Of a stretch of 64,000 nucleotides of DNA, positions 40,511 through 53,854 are shown piece by piece (position 1 is the stretch's first letter; each line of letters opens with the position of its first letter). The notes below the pieces were generated by a model. That model ran no database searches and was not told where the DNA came from. It saw nothing but the letters and a program-made list of their open reading frames with translations. Position numbers and translations under genes: made by a program. The stretch lies in contig OZ024740.1 in NCBI GenBank assembly GCA_964016885.1, positions 274,040,001 to 274,104,000 of the forward strand. Direction: 5' to 3'. This stretch comes from Eledone cirrhosa (lineage: Eukaryota).

Positions 40511-40855
40511 CACACATCTACCATTATCCAGTTAAGTCTTTGATGTAATGTGATACATGTATACATACTAAAACAAAACTATCAGGACAGTATCTAAAAT
40601 TATGAAGAGGAAGACTATCACAACAGTGATGCTGATGGCAGCAATGGCAATGATGATGAAGATGATGATGATGACATTATTCATGGTGATGTTGATGTGA
40701 TGATGTGAGGGGGCTGTGATACTAGGGGGTGAGGATCAATATTGTTTCATGATTATAATGATGAGGGGGAGGAGAAAGAAGAAAACGTTGATGAAATGAA
40801 AATGATCAGATAAAAAAATGGGAAAAGAAAAAAATATATAATAATAATAATAATA

Positions 40856-40909
<54 letters not shown>

Positions 40910-41489
40910 GTTATTGTTTTTATAATAATAATGATAATGATTTCATTTATTAGCCACAAGGAATAATAATGATAATATTAATAAAATCAAAGTCCAATAT
41001 TGGTGTAGCTGTTGTAGCTACTCTAATTGCTAGTATTGTTGTAATTCCCTTTACTACTGCTGCTGCTGCTGCTGTTGTTGTTGTTGATGATTTTGTTACT
41101 CTTATTTTCATTATTGTTATTCTTTTTGTTGTTGTTGTTTGTGTATTCTTGTTTTCATCCATTTGATTTTTCCTTTATTTATTTATTTTCAATATTTAAT
41201 CTTCATCCCAAACCACACATCAAATAAAATACAAAGAACAGAATTGTAAAAATAAAACATAAAACAACCACACTAAAATACAAAAAGAAACAACATACCA
41301 AATTAAGAAAGAAAGACAGAAAGGAAAAAGAAACAGACCCAAAGCATAGTTCACTTTAATATTGTTTATTAGACCGAGAAATAGCTATCAAATCAAAGTG
41401 ACTGCAAAAGATAAGGCAGGGAAATCAATCTTGTCTATATAATAATTTGTAATTAAATTCCACAATGAGGTCCAACGTGAAGATTTATA

Positions 41490-43030
41490 TTTTCTTTCTA
41501 ACCATCTTTCTAATCTTTTCTTTCTAACCATCTTTCTAGTTTATTTCTCTCTAACCATATTTCCGTTTGCCTCTAATTAGCTTTATAGTTTTCACCCTCT
41601 TACCATTATTTTAATGTTCTCTTTAACCATCTGTTTAATCATATCCCTCTAACTATCTTTTGAATCTTCTCTCTAACCATTTTCTAGATTATTTCTCACC
41701 TAACCATATTTCTAGTGTTTCTGACCATCTTTTTAACATCATTTCTCTAATAATCTTTCTAATTTTCTATCTCTAACCAGCTTTTAAATATTATCCGTAA
41801 TCTTTATTCTAAACTTCTTTCCTTAACCATCTTCCTAAATTTTTCTTTAACCATCTTTCTAATCTTCTTTTTCTCTCTATCTTTCAAATGTTCTCTCTCT
41901 AATCAATCTTCTTAATCTTCTCCTTCAAACATCTTACTAAACTTATGTCTATCCATCTTTCAAATTTTCTCTCCCTAACCATCTTTTTAATATTATGTTA
42001 TATCGATCTTTCAGTTCTTCTCTATCTAATTTTCTTTCTTTAACCATCTTTCTAATTTCTTCTCTCTAACCATCTTTTGAGTCTTAACAATCATTATAAA
42101 TTTCATTCTATAACCATTTATCTAATCATCTTTATCTAGTCGTCTTTTTATTTTTTCTCTATACCTTCCTTCTAATTGCTCTCTAAATTTATTTTAAATT
42201 TCCTCTCTCTAACTATTTTTCTAATATTATAGCAATCTTTATGATATTTCTTTATAACCATATTTAATCTCTTTCAGTATCTTTCTAATATTCTCCAACT
42301 ATATTTCTTGCTTTCTTAACCATATCTGATTATACCTCCAAGCCACTGCATCTCCCTGTTAAGTTTATTATTCCTTTAATATGCTTTCTTTAATATTTTC
42401 TCTAACTTGTATATAATTCCCAATATTTTTTTTAAACATCATTCTCATAATTTCTTTTACATTTTCTCTCAAGCCTTCTAACACTGAAACTTTCTCTCTA
42501 AAATCATCTGCTGTATTCATATAAATCTTTTATTAAAATTCTTCATCTATCTAGTTTTCATTCACCTGGAATTCTGACTAATCTTCATTTTCTGAGCTTC
42601 TTTTTAAGTATTTTGTTTTAGTATTCATTTTCTATGTCTTAACTTTTGATTCTTTAACCAAAATGTTCAACCTAATATTCTCTTTAAACTTCTTTCTGTA
42701 ACATTCTCTCATAAATATTATTCATTCACTATTTGCCTTCTTTGCATTCTCTCTATAGATGTATTTCTCTAACATTCCCTCACTAACATTCATTCACTCA
42801 CTATGTTTTCTCTATAAGATTCTTTCTAACATCTCCCACAACTGTTCACATACTATTTCTCCTATTTCCACTTCAACATTGACCTTCATTCTTTAGCATT
42901 CATTCCTTATTTCTCCTTCTTTAACACTTTCTTTCTAGCATTTGTCTTTAAAATTACATCACTAACATTCTATTCTCAACATCCACTCTCTATTACTTTC
43001 TATATCATTCTATGTTACACTTTCATTCTC
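41490..43030. repeat. Degenerate pyrimidine-rich minisatellite
   Basis: Recurrent ctaaccatctttctaa units about 27 bp apart, grading into taacattc units. Confidence 0.7.
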
Positions 43031-45154
43031 TCTAAAATTTTAAAATTCTCTTCCTGGATCTTTCTTTTCCTACCCCCCACCCTATTATCTTCGCATTCAG
43101 CATTTCTGTCTCTTGTTTTCTCTCACTTCAACTAAACTATCATTACTCCCAAAATGTGTCTCTCACAGATTCATTAGACGTTTTTCTGAAATTAACACTA
43201 TTTTCTCTCTAATCTTAATAATTCCCTTTCTAAACCACTTCCTGCTTCAAGGGAGCTAGCCTTCTCTCTGTCAGTAATTTACAAAATATTTATTTACTCA
43301 TTAGTAAAACAGAGCATATTGCTAGTTAAAAATACCAAAATAGTAGTCTTTCTAACATAAGGACAAGGTCAGAATGCTTTTGCTAAACATTAGAGACAGT
43401 TAACTATAGTGCTCCAGTGCTTAACTAACGATTAGTTAACCAATTCAAGAAGGATGAAATACATGGGGTTTTGAAACCAGAATGTTAAGAGAAACAGCTA
43501 ACATAATTGAAGGCATTGATTCTATACTTAAGTACAAAACTAGCCCTTCATAATAATATGTATGTTTGAACGTGACAAAAAAAACAGCTAAGTTTGGAAG
43601 CCTAGGTTATGAAACTATTTACACAATTCTACAGTTGAGTATTTCTTGCTCTAATTTTATTCTTGATATTATATATACATATATTATAATTTTCATGATA
43701 TACAAATATATATATAAGAACAAAGTGGATATGTTATATGGGAAATGATATTGCTCAATCCTGGTTACAAATGTTTCTCAAGCAGCTGGCTCATGGTCTG
43801 GGATGGCACCCCCAGACCAGACTCTAAGTAGCCTGATCCTCAGAACTGTGTCAACACAACAAAAATCACATGTGATATATATATACACATATATTTCATG
43901 TGATATATATATACAATCATCATCATAATCATCATTTCTATATGTGTGTGTGTGTGTGTGTGTGTTTGAAATTGTGGATGCTCAGCTTTTTAGAATCTCA
44001 TATCATCTGCAGGAAAATACACACATGTTGGGGAAGAGCACACTGGAAAATATTTTCAAAGAGATCTCTAAATGAATAAGACCATATTTGATCATAGGCC
44101 GGCTGGTTCAGATCTGACCTTGGGCTAAACTACAACAACACAATTTTGCATGAAAATGAGAAACTATCGGGAGGAAAAAAATCAGAAAATTTCAGATATT
44201 CTTCAATGCCTTTTAATGAAATTAAAGTCTTAATTCATGGATTTAATAAAAAAAATTAATTAATAAAATTACGATGTTTTATCATTCATAATTATTTTTA
44301 CTAGATTTCATTCAGCACATACATAGCTACACAACTTAGAAAATTGGGAAATTTCTTCAGAAAATTCAATGTATTCGTTTCTAGGGTTACATGCCATTTT
44401 GAGTTCAAGCCACTGAAAGTTATAACAGTTTCCTTTCAGAAATATAGACTTCAGTATAATATTTTCAGCCTCCATAAATATGGATATATTCCATGATACA
44501 CACACATACACATACCCCTTCCGGGGTCGATAAAATAAAGTACCAGTAATCTACTGGTTAATTGCTGGCCTTGTGCCAAATGTAGAAACAATTAGTTATT
44601 TATGTTCATACATGGAACATGATTTATATATTAGTTGCCTTGTCCATTTCAGTCTACATGATGTTCAGTTCTGGCATTAGATCTTATGTAGCTTTTAAAC
44701 TAGGCATACTTTAAAAATGTGTCTACATAAATTGCACATTATTTGAGATGTCTGATTTTAATGAATTATGAAATGTCTTGTCCCACCTTCTTGAGATTTG
44801 TAGATCTTGTGGCATATGTGCTTGAACAGTTAGCTATGTGCTGTATTCAGTATGATGGGCTCTATTGTGTATTCTTATAGGAAATTCAAATCAAGCTTTG
44901 ACAAGCAGATATTGCAAACTGTACAAGTAGAAATAATTCCATTAATTTCATATTACCTTACTGGGTGTTTATTTTTCTAATTTTTCTCTGAATTTTTACT
45001 TGTGTTAGTCTGTTTTGCTCAAATATTTTCACACAACCCCATATTTTTTTGGATGCCACTTGGAGCGATCAGCTGCGAAACTTTCCAATATTCTTTTTAT
45101 TAATTCCTACTTTCTTCAAGATGTCTTCCAATTCTAATACATCCTTGAACCTTA

Positions 45155-45491
<337 letters not shown>

Positions 45492-45902
45492 ATGTAGAGT
45501 TGCGTCGGAAGGGAGGGTAGTCATAGTTAAAAAAGGTACTCAATACATTGTATAGGCGTTTTTTTATTTTGTATAGAAATTACTTTTACAGGACTAGAAC
45601 TGTTTAATTCTTATGAAATCATCATGATTATTTCGTAAAAATGAAATAGTTCTAGTCATTTCTATATAAAATATTATACAATAATTCAAGGGTAAGAAAT
45701 TGTCAAGACAAAATGCATTCCACATATAATGCGGGTTCATACATTTATATAGGTGCAATGGCATAAGACGATATGAGATATACATCTATATATATATAGT
45801 AATAATAATAAATGTGAAGACTAAAATCCGAAGGCGGCTCGATAAGGATATTATATATATAAAAATATATAAAAACCGTAGAACAAATATTTATTAAAAT
45901 AA

Positions 45903-46017
45903 CAGATTAAAGTTTAAGCCAAGAATCGGTGCTTTACCCTTAACCGGATTTTCTGAAAAGTTTCAGAAGATCCCGTTAAGGGTGAAAACAGCACTTCTTT
46001 GCTTAAATTTTAATCTG
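45903..46017. repeat. 115-bp imperfect hairpin
   Basis: cagattaaagtttaagc...acccttaaccggattttctgaaa / tttcagaagatcccgttaagggt...gcttaaattttaatctg. Confidence 0.85.
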
Positions 46018-46033
46018 ATATTTCAATCTCTCA

Positions 46034-46096
<63 letters not shown>

Positions 46097-46177
46097 GGTG
46101 TGGGTGTGTGTGTGCGTGTTTCCGTGAGTGTGTGTGTGTGTGTATATGTATATGTGTGTATGTGTGTGTGTGTCAGT

Positions 46178-46245
<68 letters not shown>

Positions 46246-46324
46246 GGTGTGTGTGTGTGTGTGTTTGCGTGAGTGTGTGCGTGTGTGTATATGTATATGT
46301 GTGTATGTGTGTGTGTGTGTCAGT

Positions 46325-46383
<59 letters not shown>

Positions 46384-46408
46384 GTGTGAGTTCTTTGGTA
46401 CAGTTAGG

Positions 46409-46721
46409 TATATTTGAAAAAAAGGAAAAAAATGACTTCACTTGTAGTGTTAACATTTTTTTTATGATTTAATGTTATAATATAATATTATGAGTTCGTA
46501 GATCCACCAACTCATAATATTATAATATTGTAACATTAAAATCCCGCCGAAGTTAACTTTGCCTTTCATCCTTACCGGGTCGATAAAATAAAGTACCAGT
46601 AATGCACTGGGATAATTGCTGGCCTTGCGCCAAAAGTAGAACCAATTATATTATAACATTAAATCATAAAAAAATGTCAACACTACAAGTGAAGTCATTC
46701 TTTTTCTTTTTTTCAAATATA
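46409..46721. repeat. Palindrome interrupted by 5'-truncated SINE A
   Basis: aatgacttcacttgtagtgtt / aacactacaagtgaagtcatt arms. SINE at about 46540-46648 with duplicated atatt(g/a)taacattaaa. Confidence 0.85.
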
Positions 46722-46781
46722 TATATATATATATATATACGATATTAAACAAATGGAAACTATATTTATAAAACCATATTT

Positions 46782-46845
46782 ATTTCGTTATATATATTTC
46801 TGGGATATCATATTAAAAATATGGTATGCCTTCCTCAGACAAAAT
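46782..46845 (-). ncRNA. Type I hammerhead ribozyme
   Basis: ATTTTGT CTGAGGA aGGcATAcCATAT..ATATGaTATcCCa GAAA TATATA TA^ACGAAAT. Confidence 0.72.
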
Positions 46846-46880
46846 ACAATATATAAGCTGTTTTATAAATAATTTTGACA

Positions 46881-46939
46881 GTCTGAGGAAGGCATACCAT
46901 ATTTTTAATATGATATCCCAGAAATATATATAACGAAAT
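46881..46939 (+). ncRNA. Hammerhead copy with truncated helix I
   Basis: Arm begins 2 nt before CTGAGGA, so only GT/AC of helix I remains. Confidence 0.55.
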
Positions 46940-47139
46940 AAATATGGTTTTATAAATATAGTTTCCATTTGTTTAATATCGTAAACCTACTCCAGAAACT
47001 GTTGAGTGCTTTTATATCAGTTATAAAATATTTACTCGTTGTAACCCAACAATTTTAAATAAAACTTTTGCATATATATATATATATTATATATAGGTGG
47101 GCATATGTATGTGTGTCTGTGTACAATTTTGTGTGTCTG

Positions 47140-47200
<61 letters not shown>

Positions 47201-47394
47201 ATTTCTATAGGCTTTGTTTTTACTACCTGTCATCTATCTACACTGTTATTACTTTATATTTTTTATATATGGATATTATTTTTTATTTTTTACTGTATTT
47301 TATCTTTATTTTCTTATATATTTTTCTAGTATCGTATCCCTGTATTTTTCTAGGTACCTGCATCTCGCTAGCAGTATTATATGTCTGCAATATA

Positions 47395-47900
47395 ATAATA
47401 TTAATAATAATGAAATATTGTGTACCGTTCTCAGGTGCATTAAAACTCATCAAAAAGTGTATGCATAGTACATAGGGTAATGTACAAACGTCAGGAAAAG
47501 GAACAGTGAATGAGACATGATATACACATGTGTGCATGTGTATGGAAGGGGTACATCAGGTGTAGTTTTGGCATATTTCGGGAAGCATGAGGGTTTTAAA
47601 GGATGCAGTGTCTCGGCAGCTAACAACTGACGCAGGCAGTTTGTTCCATGCTACAGCAACTCCGAGCGTGAAAAAATGTTTACGAAAGTTATGGGAGCTG
47701 TGCTGTTTTCTGATTTTGTAGGCATGTCCACGTGTGTTAGACATATGGAGATCAAAGAGGTGCTCAGGGTTGTGTTGGCGAGATGATTAATAACTTTGTG
47801 GGTGTTTACCAAGTCTATTGCCAGACATCGAAGCTTCAATGAATCCATGCCCAGGGAAGCAAGGCGTTCAGAGTATGGTAGATCCTTGATGGAGGGTATG
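47395..47900 (-). mobile_element. CR1-clade LINE 3' fragment
   Basis: LPYSERLASLGMDSL, TRGHAYKI, RKHFF..VAWNKLP motifs, with 3' UTR ending at (ATT)n. Confidence 0.85.
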
Positions 47901-48315
47901 CGCATATTGCATGTCTCTGAACAGTTTCTGGGAGATCAATGTTCTGAGCAAGATAGGGGTCCCAGACTGATATATATTTTTTTAATTTTATTTTCTTAGC
48001 GGCTCTGTATCGTAGTTGGGATTGATTTTTATTTTGTATAATTATTCCTTTACCTCTTTATATTTCATCACCCCTGCATTCTTGTATTGCCTTATCTCCT
48101 AAATGCTTACTTCAAACAATGTGCCAGCGGACGTCAACTTGACCAAGATGGCGATTATAGCCGCTAAATTATAAGAAGTCCCCTGCTGTTAACTGACCGA
48201 AAACAAACCAACAATTGAATACGGTGACACACCACTATGACAGAATCTGTGGTAGCGTATAGGAAGGAATCTGGATAATATTCAACCACTCTCAGACATG
48301 AGTCTACATGTTAAA

Positions 48316-48406
48316 ACATATCTGAGGAGCTTCACATTCCGAGTCAGGTTCCATCATTAATATATCGTTCCTGGAGCTGATCGACATTGAAACATATGTA
48401 ATATAT
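48316..48406 (+). ncRNA. Hammerhead ribozyme candidate with long helix II
   Basis: ATAT CTGAGGA g...cgagtcaggttcc...ggagctgatcg...t GAAA CATATG TA^ATAT. The base of helix II pairs weakly. Confidence 0.55.
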
Positions 48407-48466
48407 AATTAACTATGTATATAATGCAACACTGATTCTTTGTTCCCTTATATACTAATACTATAG

Positions 48467-48951
48467 GACACCATCAGAGAGCAAAGCCCCGGTGTTTTGC
48501 ACAGCTACGGCTTACTAAATATTTATCTATAAACATACCGTATTTCTTTAGAAATACGAAATTCCAATACATATCTGTATACAGCTATGCATGAAGCTAA
48601 ATCCTAATTCTATTCTATTATAAGTTGAGCCAACTTATACAGCTTCATATGCAAATGAGATTAAACACCTCATTTACATAGACGAGTAAACCATATATTC
48701 TCGCCTGTTTTCAAGTCCAGCAGTCGCAAGAGTGGGAGGGGTGGTCCTAATGAGGACCAGTTAAGTTCCAAATGCATCGACGATTGTCCAGCTTGCTTCT
48801 GCTAGACACCACCAGAGGGCGATAGCCCGGTGTTTTGCTTAGTTACGGGTTTCTAAATCTGTATCTATAAATATACCGTATTTCTTTAGAAATACGAAAT
48901 TCCAATACATATCTGTATACAGCTATGCATGAAGCTAAATCCTAATTCTGT

Positions 48952-48953
<2 letters not shown>
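48467..48953. repeat. About 150-bp direct repeat pair
   Basis: gacacca(t/c)cagag...ataccgtatttctttagaaatacgaaattcc...atcctaattct at 48467-48611 and 48805-48949. Confidence 0.9.
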
Positions 48954-48991
<38 letters not shown>

Positions 48992-49284
48992 GTTATAGGT
49001 AAATAAAAATCCAACGTGTAGAGTAACTCGAGTCCGTAGGTCTCGTTTGAATATAATTCTTCAGGTTAGTTACTACGACGGTACCATACCAGGTCTGTAT
49101 GTTGATTGTTGAGGACCAACTTGTTCAAACTGTGCCGATGAAAAAGAATCGGAAAGTGTTTACACATAGGGGCGAGAAAGAAGCAAGACAGAAAAAGAAG
49201 AGTCGAACGAAAGGCAAATAATCTGGATGGTGTAAGGGAGAAAACTTGACCTGAAGAAATGTAGAGGGCGAGCAAATGCTAAAT

Positions 49285-49468
49285 TAATTGTTTCTACTTT
49301 TGGCACAAGTATATTACTGGTACAAGTATATTACTGGTACTTTATTTTATCGACCCCGTAAGGATGAAAGGCAAAGTTAACCTCGGCGGGATTTGAATTC
49401 AAATCGTAAAGGGACGTAACTATGCTGGAAAGCATGTCCGACTCTCTACCGATACTGCCAATTCACCG
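49285..49468 (-). mobile_element. SINE family A
   Basis: Consensus match with a small internal duplication. Confidence 0.85.
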
Positions 49469-49679
49469 ATAGTTAAAAAGTTATTGCTAAAAATTATATG
49501 AGGTGGGCTAGAAAGAAATCGATCGGTTAAGAAGGATGTAAATTGATATTGAGGAAGCCAATTTTTCAAAAGGTCCTTAGAAAGATGAAACAACGCGAGA
49601 AGAACTTGGTGTGTGAGTTAAGTGGATTATTAATGCTGTGGAGATAATTCAATATTCACCACCTTTCGTTATTACAAAA

Positions 49680-49868
49680 GGGCAGTAGATTGAGAATATC
49701 GGTAGAGGGTCAGACACTACATTTTTCAGCATAGTTATGTCCCTTTACGGTCTTACTTTAAATCCCGCCGAGGTTAACTTTGCCTTACATCCTTACGAGG
49801 TCGATCGATAATAAAGTAGCAGTAATGCACTGGGTAATTGCTGGGCTTGTGCCAAAAGTAGAAACAAT
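49680..49868 (+). mobile_element. SINE family A
   Basis: Consensus match. Confidence 0.85.
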
Positions 49869-50172
49869 TTTATAAATAAAAGAGACGGTATCACGTATAC
49901 ATCTTCCGTTTATTACATTATTCTCTTATGCACAAATAATTGTTACTCAATAATTGTTACTCAACCAGTCTGATGTCTTTAAAATATGCATAACAGTATG
50001 ATGTGATAAACTGAGAATGTATATATCTATATATATAAGTAGATATATATATATATGTATATATATATATACTTTCCGATTCTTTTTCATCCAAACTTTC
50101 TTTCCCTTTCCCATTTAAAGCGTTAAAATATTATATTATGACTTTTTTTACCTCTCTTTTGACATCTGCTTG

Positions 50173-50212
<40 letters not shown>

Positions 50213-50314
50213 TATTTTCCGTAGTGTTGTAATATAAATATTACACACAGTAGATGGACAGCTCACGTAGAGTCCTAATATTCTCTATAAAAACCAAACA
50301 GATCCTCAGTAAAA

Positions 50315-50435
50315 TTATTCTGATGAAATGACAGTTGATAATAACATTGAAATATTGAATGTCTGCATAACTAATACTTTGTAGATAGCAGCTGTTTTCA
50401 GGTTATGTAACTGTTATTGAAACACGTGTCAATAA
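50315..50435 (+). ncRNA. Type I hammerhead ribozyme with extended helix II
   Basis: TTATT CTGATGA AATGACAGTTG...(70 nt)...TAACTGTTATT GAAA CACGTG TC^AATAA. 11-bp helix II base, GUC cleavage triplet. Predicted cut after 50430. Confidence 0.78.
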
Positions 50436-50470
50436 ATTCCTTTTAACTAAACTGTATCCATTTAAATCCT

Positions 50471-50511
<41 letters not shown>

Positions 50512-50669
50512 GTGGATGTGTGTGTGTGTGCATATATACATACATATGTATGTATATCTATATATACATACATACATATACATATATATATATATATATT
50601 TCTATACACATATATACACATGTATACACACATGTATATAAATCTATATATATGCATATAACATATATA

Positions 50670-50707
<38 letters not shown>

Positions 50708-50721
50708 TATATATATACATA

Positions 50722-50766
<45 letters not shown>

Positions 50767-50791
50767 TTAACATACATATAATATATATATT

Positions 50792-50823
<32 letters not shown>

Positions 50824-50844
50824 TTAACATACATATAATATATA

Positions 50845-50923
<79 letters not shown>

Positions 50924-51375
50924 TTGTGCGTATACATACTAAATTTGATATAAATTCACACACATATAGGACACACACACTCTAACACTTACATACATAT
51001 TTCTGCGTATAGTTGAACGTTTCCTCATGGTTTGCATTATTGAGACCATTCAGCTATAAAGGCTTGATTCCAATTGCATATGCTTGGCGAGACGTAATTT
51101 TATCGTTTCTCAGTTTGGTTGGCATCGTGACAGTTGCAGCCGGTCTGATCAACGTTATTACTAGCATGCTTGGAAAAAAACCATGCTTAAATTATTCTCA
51201 TGTGTGTATCTATAGTTACATGTAAATACACCAATCCACAAATATAAATATACATATACTTAGTTATATTGGAATATCAATAACAATTTCTGTGTATGTG
51301 TGTTGTTGAGTACGGGAATGCATATATTTTCAATTGTGTGAAGACAAAGAAGAGCTTGTGCCAATAGGTTAATAT

Positions 51376-51565
51376 AATTGTTTCTACTTTTGGCACAAGG
51401 CCAGCAATAATCCAGTGCATTACTGGTACTGTATTTTATCGACCCCGTAAGGATGAAAGGCAAAGTTAACCTCGGCGGGATTTGAACTCAGAATGGCAAG
51501 GGCTGTAACTCTATACGTCAAAGCATGGCGTCCGACCCTCTATCGATACTCCTAATCCACCGTCC
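51376..51565 (-). mobile_element. SINE family A
   Basis: Consensus match. Confidence 0.9.
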
Positions 51566-51605
51566 TAGATTTATATAATATTATATATATATATATATAT
51601 ATATA

Positions 51606-52150
51606 CTAGCTGATGTACCCAGCTTTGCCCGGGTAAAAAGATGATAAGAGAAGACAGGTAGAAGAGAAAATGACTGTATTGGATGTTTGTCTGGTTTACT
51701 GCATGAGGCGAGGCCTTACTGTGTTTGACAAAATAAACAACAACAAAAAAACTACGAAATCTTTCAGATACACCATAGTGTTCTTCGTTTTACTGTTAGT
51801 GCGAAGTGTGTGATGATTTCTAGGTGTTCCTACTCGTGAACAACCTACATATAATTGTCCATGGGTTAAAAGTGAATCTGTCATATTTAATTCTAGAACT
51901 TTGAAACTCTGAGCCTGAGTTTTATTTACGATTATAGCGAAAATAGTTCTAACTGGGAACTGAAGTCTTGAGAATTTGAACAGCAGCTTGGAAAAGAAAA
52001 GGATAAGAGGAATCTTAGTAATAAATGTATTTTCTCCTTGATGATTGCCTCCAAGAATAGTGACCTTTAGGAGATGTTTCCTCATCCGCCAGACAGTAAA
52101 GTATGTGCCATTGCATAGAAGTAGCTGGACCACGTTTCTCAAAAGGATGA
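51606..52150 (-). mobile_element. Helitron 3' fragment with Pif1-like helicase C-terminus
   Basis: LCNGT, RLQFPVR..FAIIVNKTQAQS, HGQLYVGCSRV. Subterminal hairpin acccgggc..gctgggt and CTAG|T end. Confidence 0.88.
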
Positions 52151-52419
52151 TGTATGCTCCAATATATAATATATAATATATATAGATATAGATAATTGTA
52201 TATAAATGTGTGTGTGTGTGTGCACGCGTGTGTGTGTATGTATGTATACTCTTTTACGTGTTTCAGTCGACTTGCTGAGGCCATGCTGGGGCACCACTAG
52301 ATTAGAATCTGAAACTGGCTGCGATCGCAGTCGAATTTCCACCTCATATATAGAGAGAAACAAATCACACGCGTTATGGTAACATTACCTTCTGCTTTCC
52401 ACTTCTATATCTTAGATAA

Positions 52420-52912
52420 GGGAGAAGGAGGGGAGAGAAAGAAAATGGCTGTATTGGATATTTGTCTGGTTTACAGTATGAGGCGAGACGGTGTTGTGAG
52501 TGACATTACAAAAACCAATAAAAAAAATCTTCCAGATACACCAAATTCTTCGTTTTACTGTTAGTGCGTAATAGGTGTTAATACTCGTGAACAACCTACA
52601 TATAACTGTCCATGAGTAAAAAGTGATTCCATTATATTCAATTCTACAACTTTGAAACTCTGAGCCTGAGCTTTATTTATGGTCATAGCAAAACTGGCTC
52701 TAACAGGGAACTGACGTCTGGAGAATTTGAACGACAGCTTGGTAAAGAAAGGGATAAGAGGAATCTTGGGATTAAATTATTTCTACTTGATGATTGCCTC
52801 TAAGAATAGTGACCTCTAGGAGATGGTTCATCTTCCGCCTGACTGTATAATCTGTGCCATTGCATAGAAGTAGCGGGTCCACGATTCTCAAAAGGAAGAT
52901 GGAAGTTCCAAT
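52420..52912 (-). mobile_element. Second Helitron helicase fragment (paralog of 51660-52150)
   Basis: Shared actcgtgaacaacctacatataa, actttgaaactctgagcctgag, tgtgccattgcatagaagtagc. Confidence 0.85.
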
Positions 52913-52932
52913 GTTTTACATTATATAATATA

Positions 52933-53854
52933 CTAGCATTATAGCCCGGCGTTGCTCGGGGTCAGTAAGTTACCAAAGTTAGGTTGCACCACCCATTTTA
53001 TGGCAGCACTTTTTTTTCTGCCAGGCACTGGGTGAATGAATTGCAGACCTGGACTGCCGTAGCAGGAGCTGCACCAGCAGTGACAATTGTAGTTTCGTCT
53101 ATGGATATTATCTCTGTGCAAAGAAGTATTGAAATTTATTGTTTCACAGTACTTGCGCAACACGCGCGTAGACGATGCCAGCCGAACAACAGAGCTGCGA
53201 TGGAGTTGTTCTGCATGGTTGTCTAATGTGTGTTTTCTATATTTAAGACAGTAGGGAGGGGTGTGATATGGGGGAGAGTTAGCTGTTGTTTCTAGCAGGT
53301 TTAATGACCTCATAGAGGATATTATTGTGTATAGTAAATGCATTATTGTGTATAGTAAATACATTCGTTGATAGATGTTTTAAAAAAGATTTATCGCTAT
53401 TTTTTTTGTTGTTGAATAAATGTATCTGTTGCTTTTGAATAATTGTTGTTTCGTATGAAATGTAATAAGTTCTCTTTGTCATTGAAGTAAATAAATGTTT
53501 GACCGTTCCACACTCAAAAACAAACGTTCCCTCTCTCTGTCTCCCTCTCACTCTCTCTCTCTCTTAAAGTTTGTAAGTTTAATCGTATATAAGAGAAAGT
53601 TGCAGCATGTATGTAGTTTTATCGAATTTTAAGAGGAGTAGAGAGAGTAAATCAGATTGTATTAGAGGGGTAAAGCGACATTTATCGATTATTTCCGTAA
53701 TTGTTGGTGAGTTTGAATAAAATAAATAGTCGTTGACCTTAGATAGACCATTTAAAACATTCTTACAGACGTTGAGTCGAATCGGTTTGAAATTGTGCAA
53801 ATGTATAAACATGGAACATGCACACACACACAACAACAATCTGCCTTTTATAGA
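52933..53854 (-). mobile_element. Non-autonomous Helitron
   Basis: Minus strand A|TCTATAAAAGGCAG 5' end. 3' hairpin cccgagc.aac.gccggg followed by CTAG|T. Confidence 0.6.

Larger units (their letters stand above)
46739..47068. mobile_element. Fold-back hammerhead element, same family as 32380-32800
   Basis: Perfect arms of about 100 bp (46739-46840 / 46881-46982), same termini acgatatta...aaatggaaacta, and the same tail. Confidence 0.72.
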
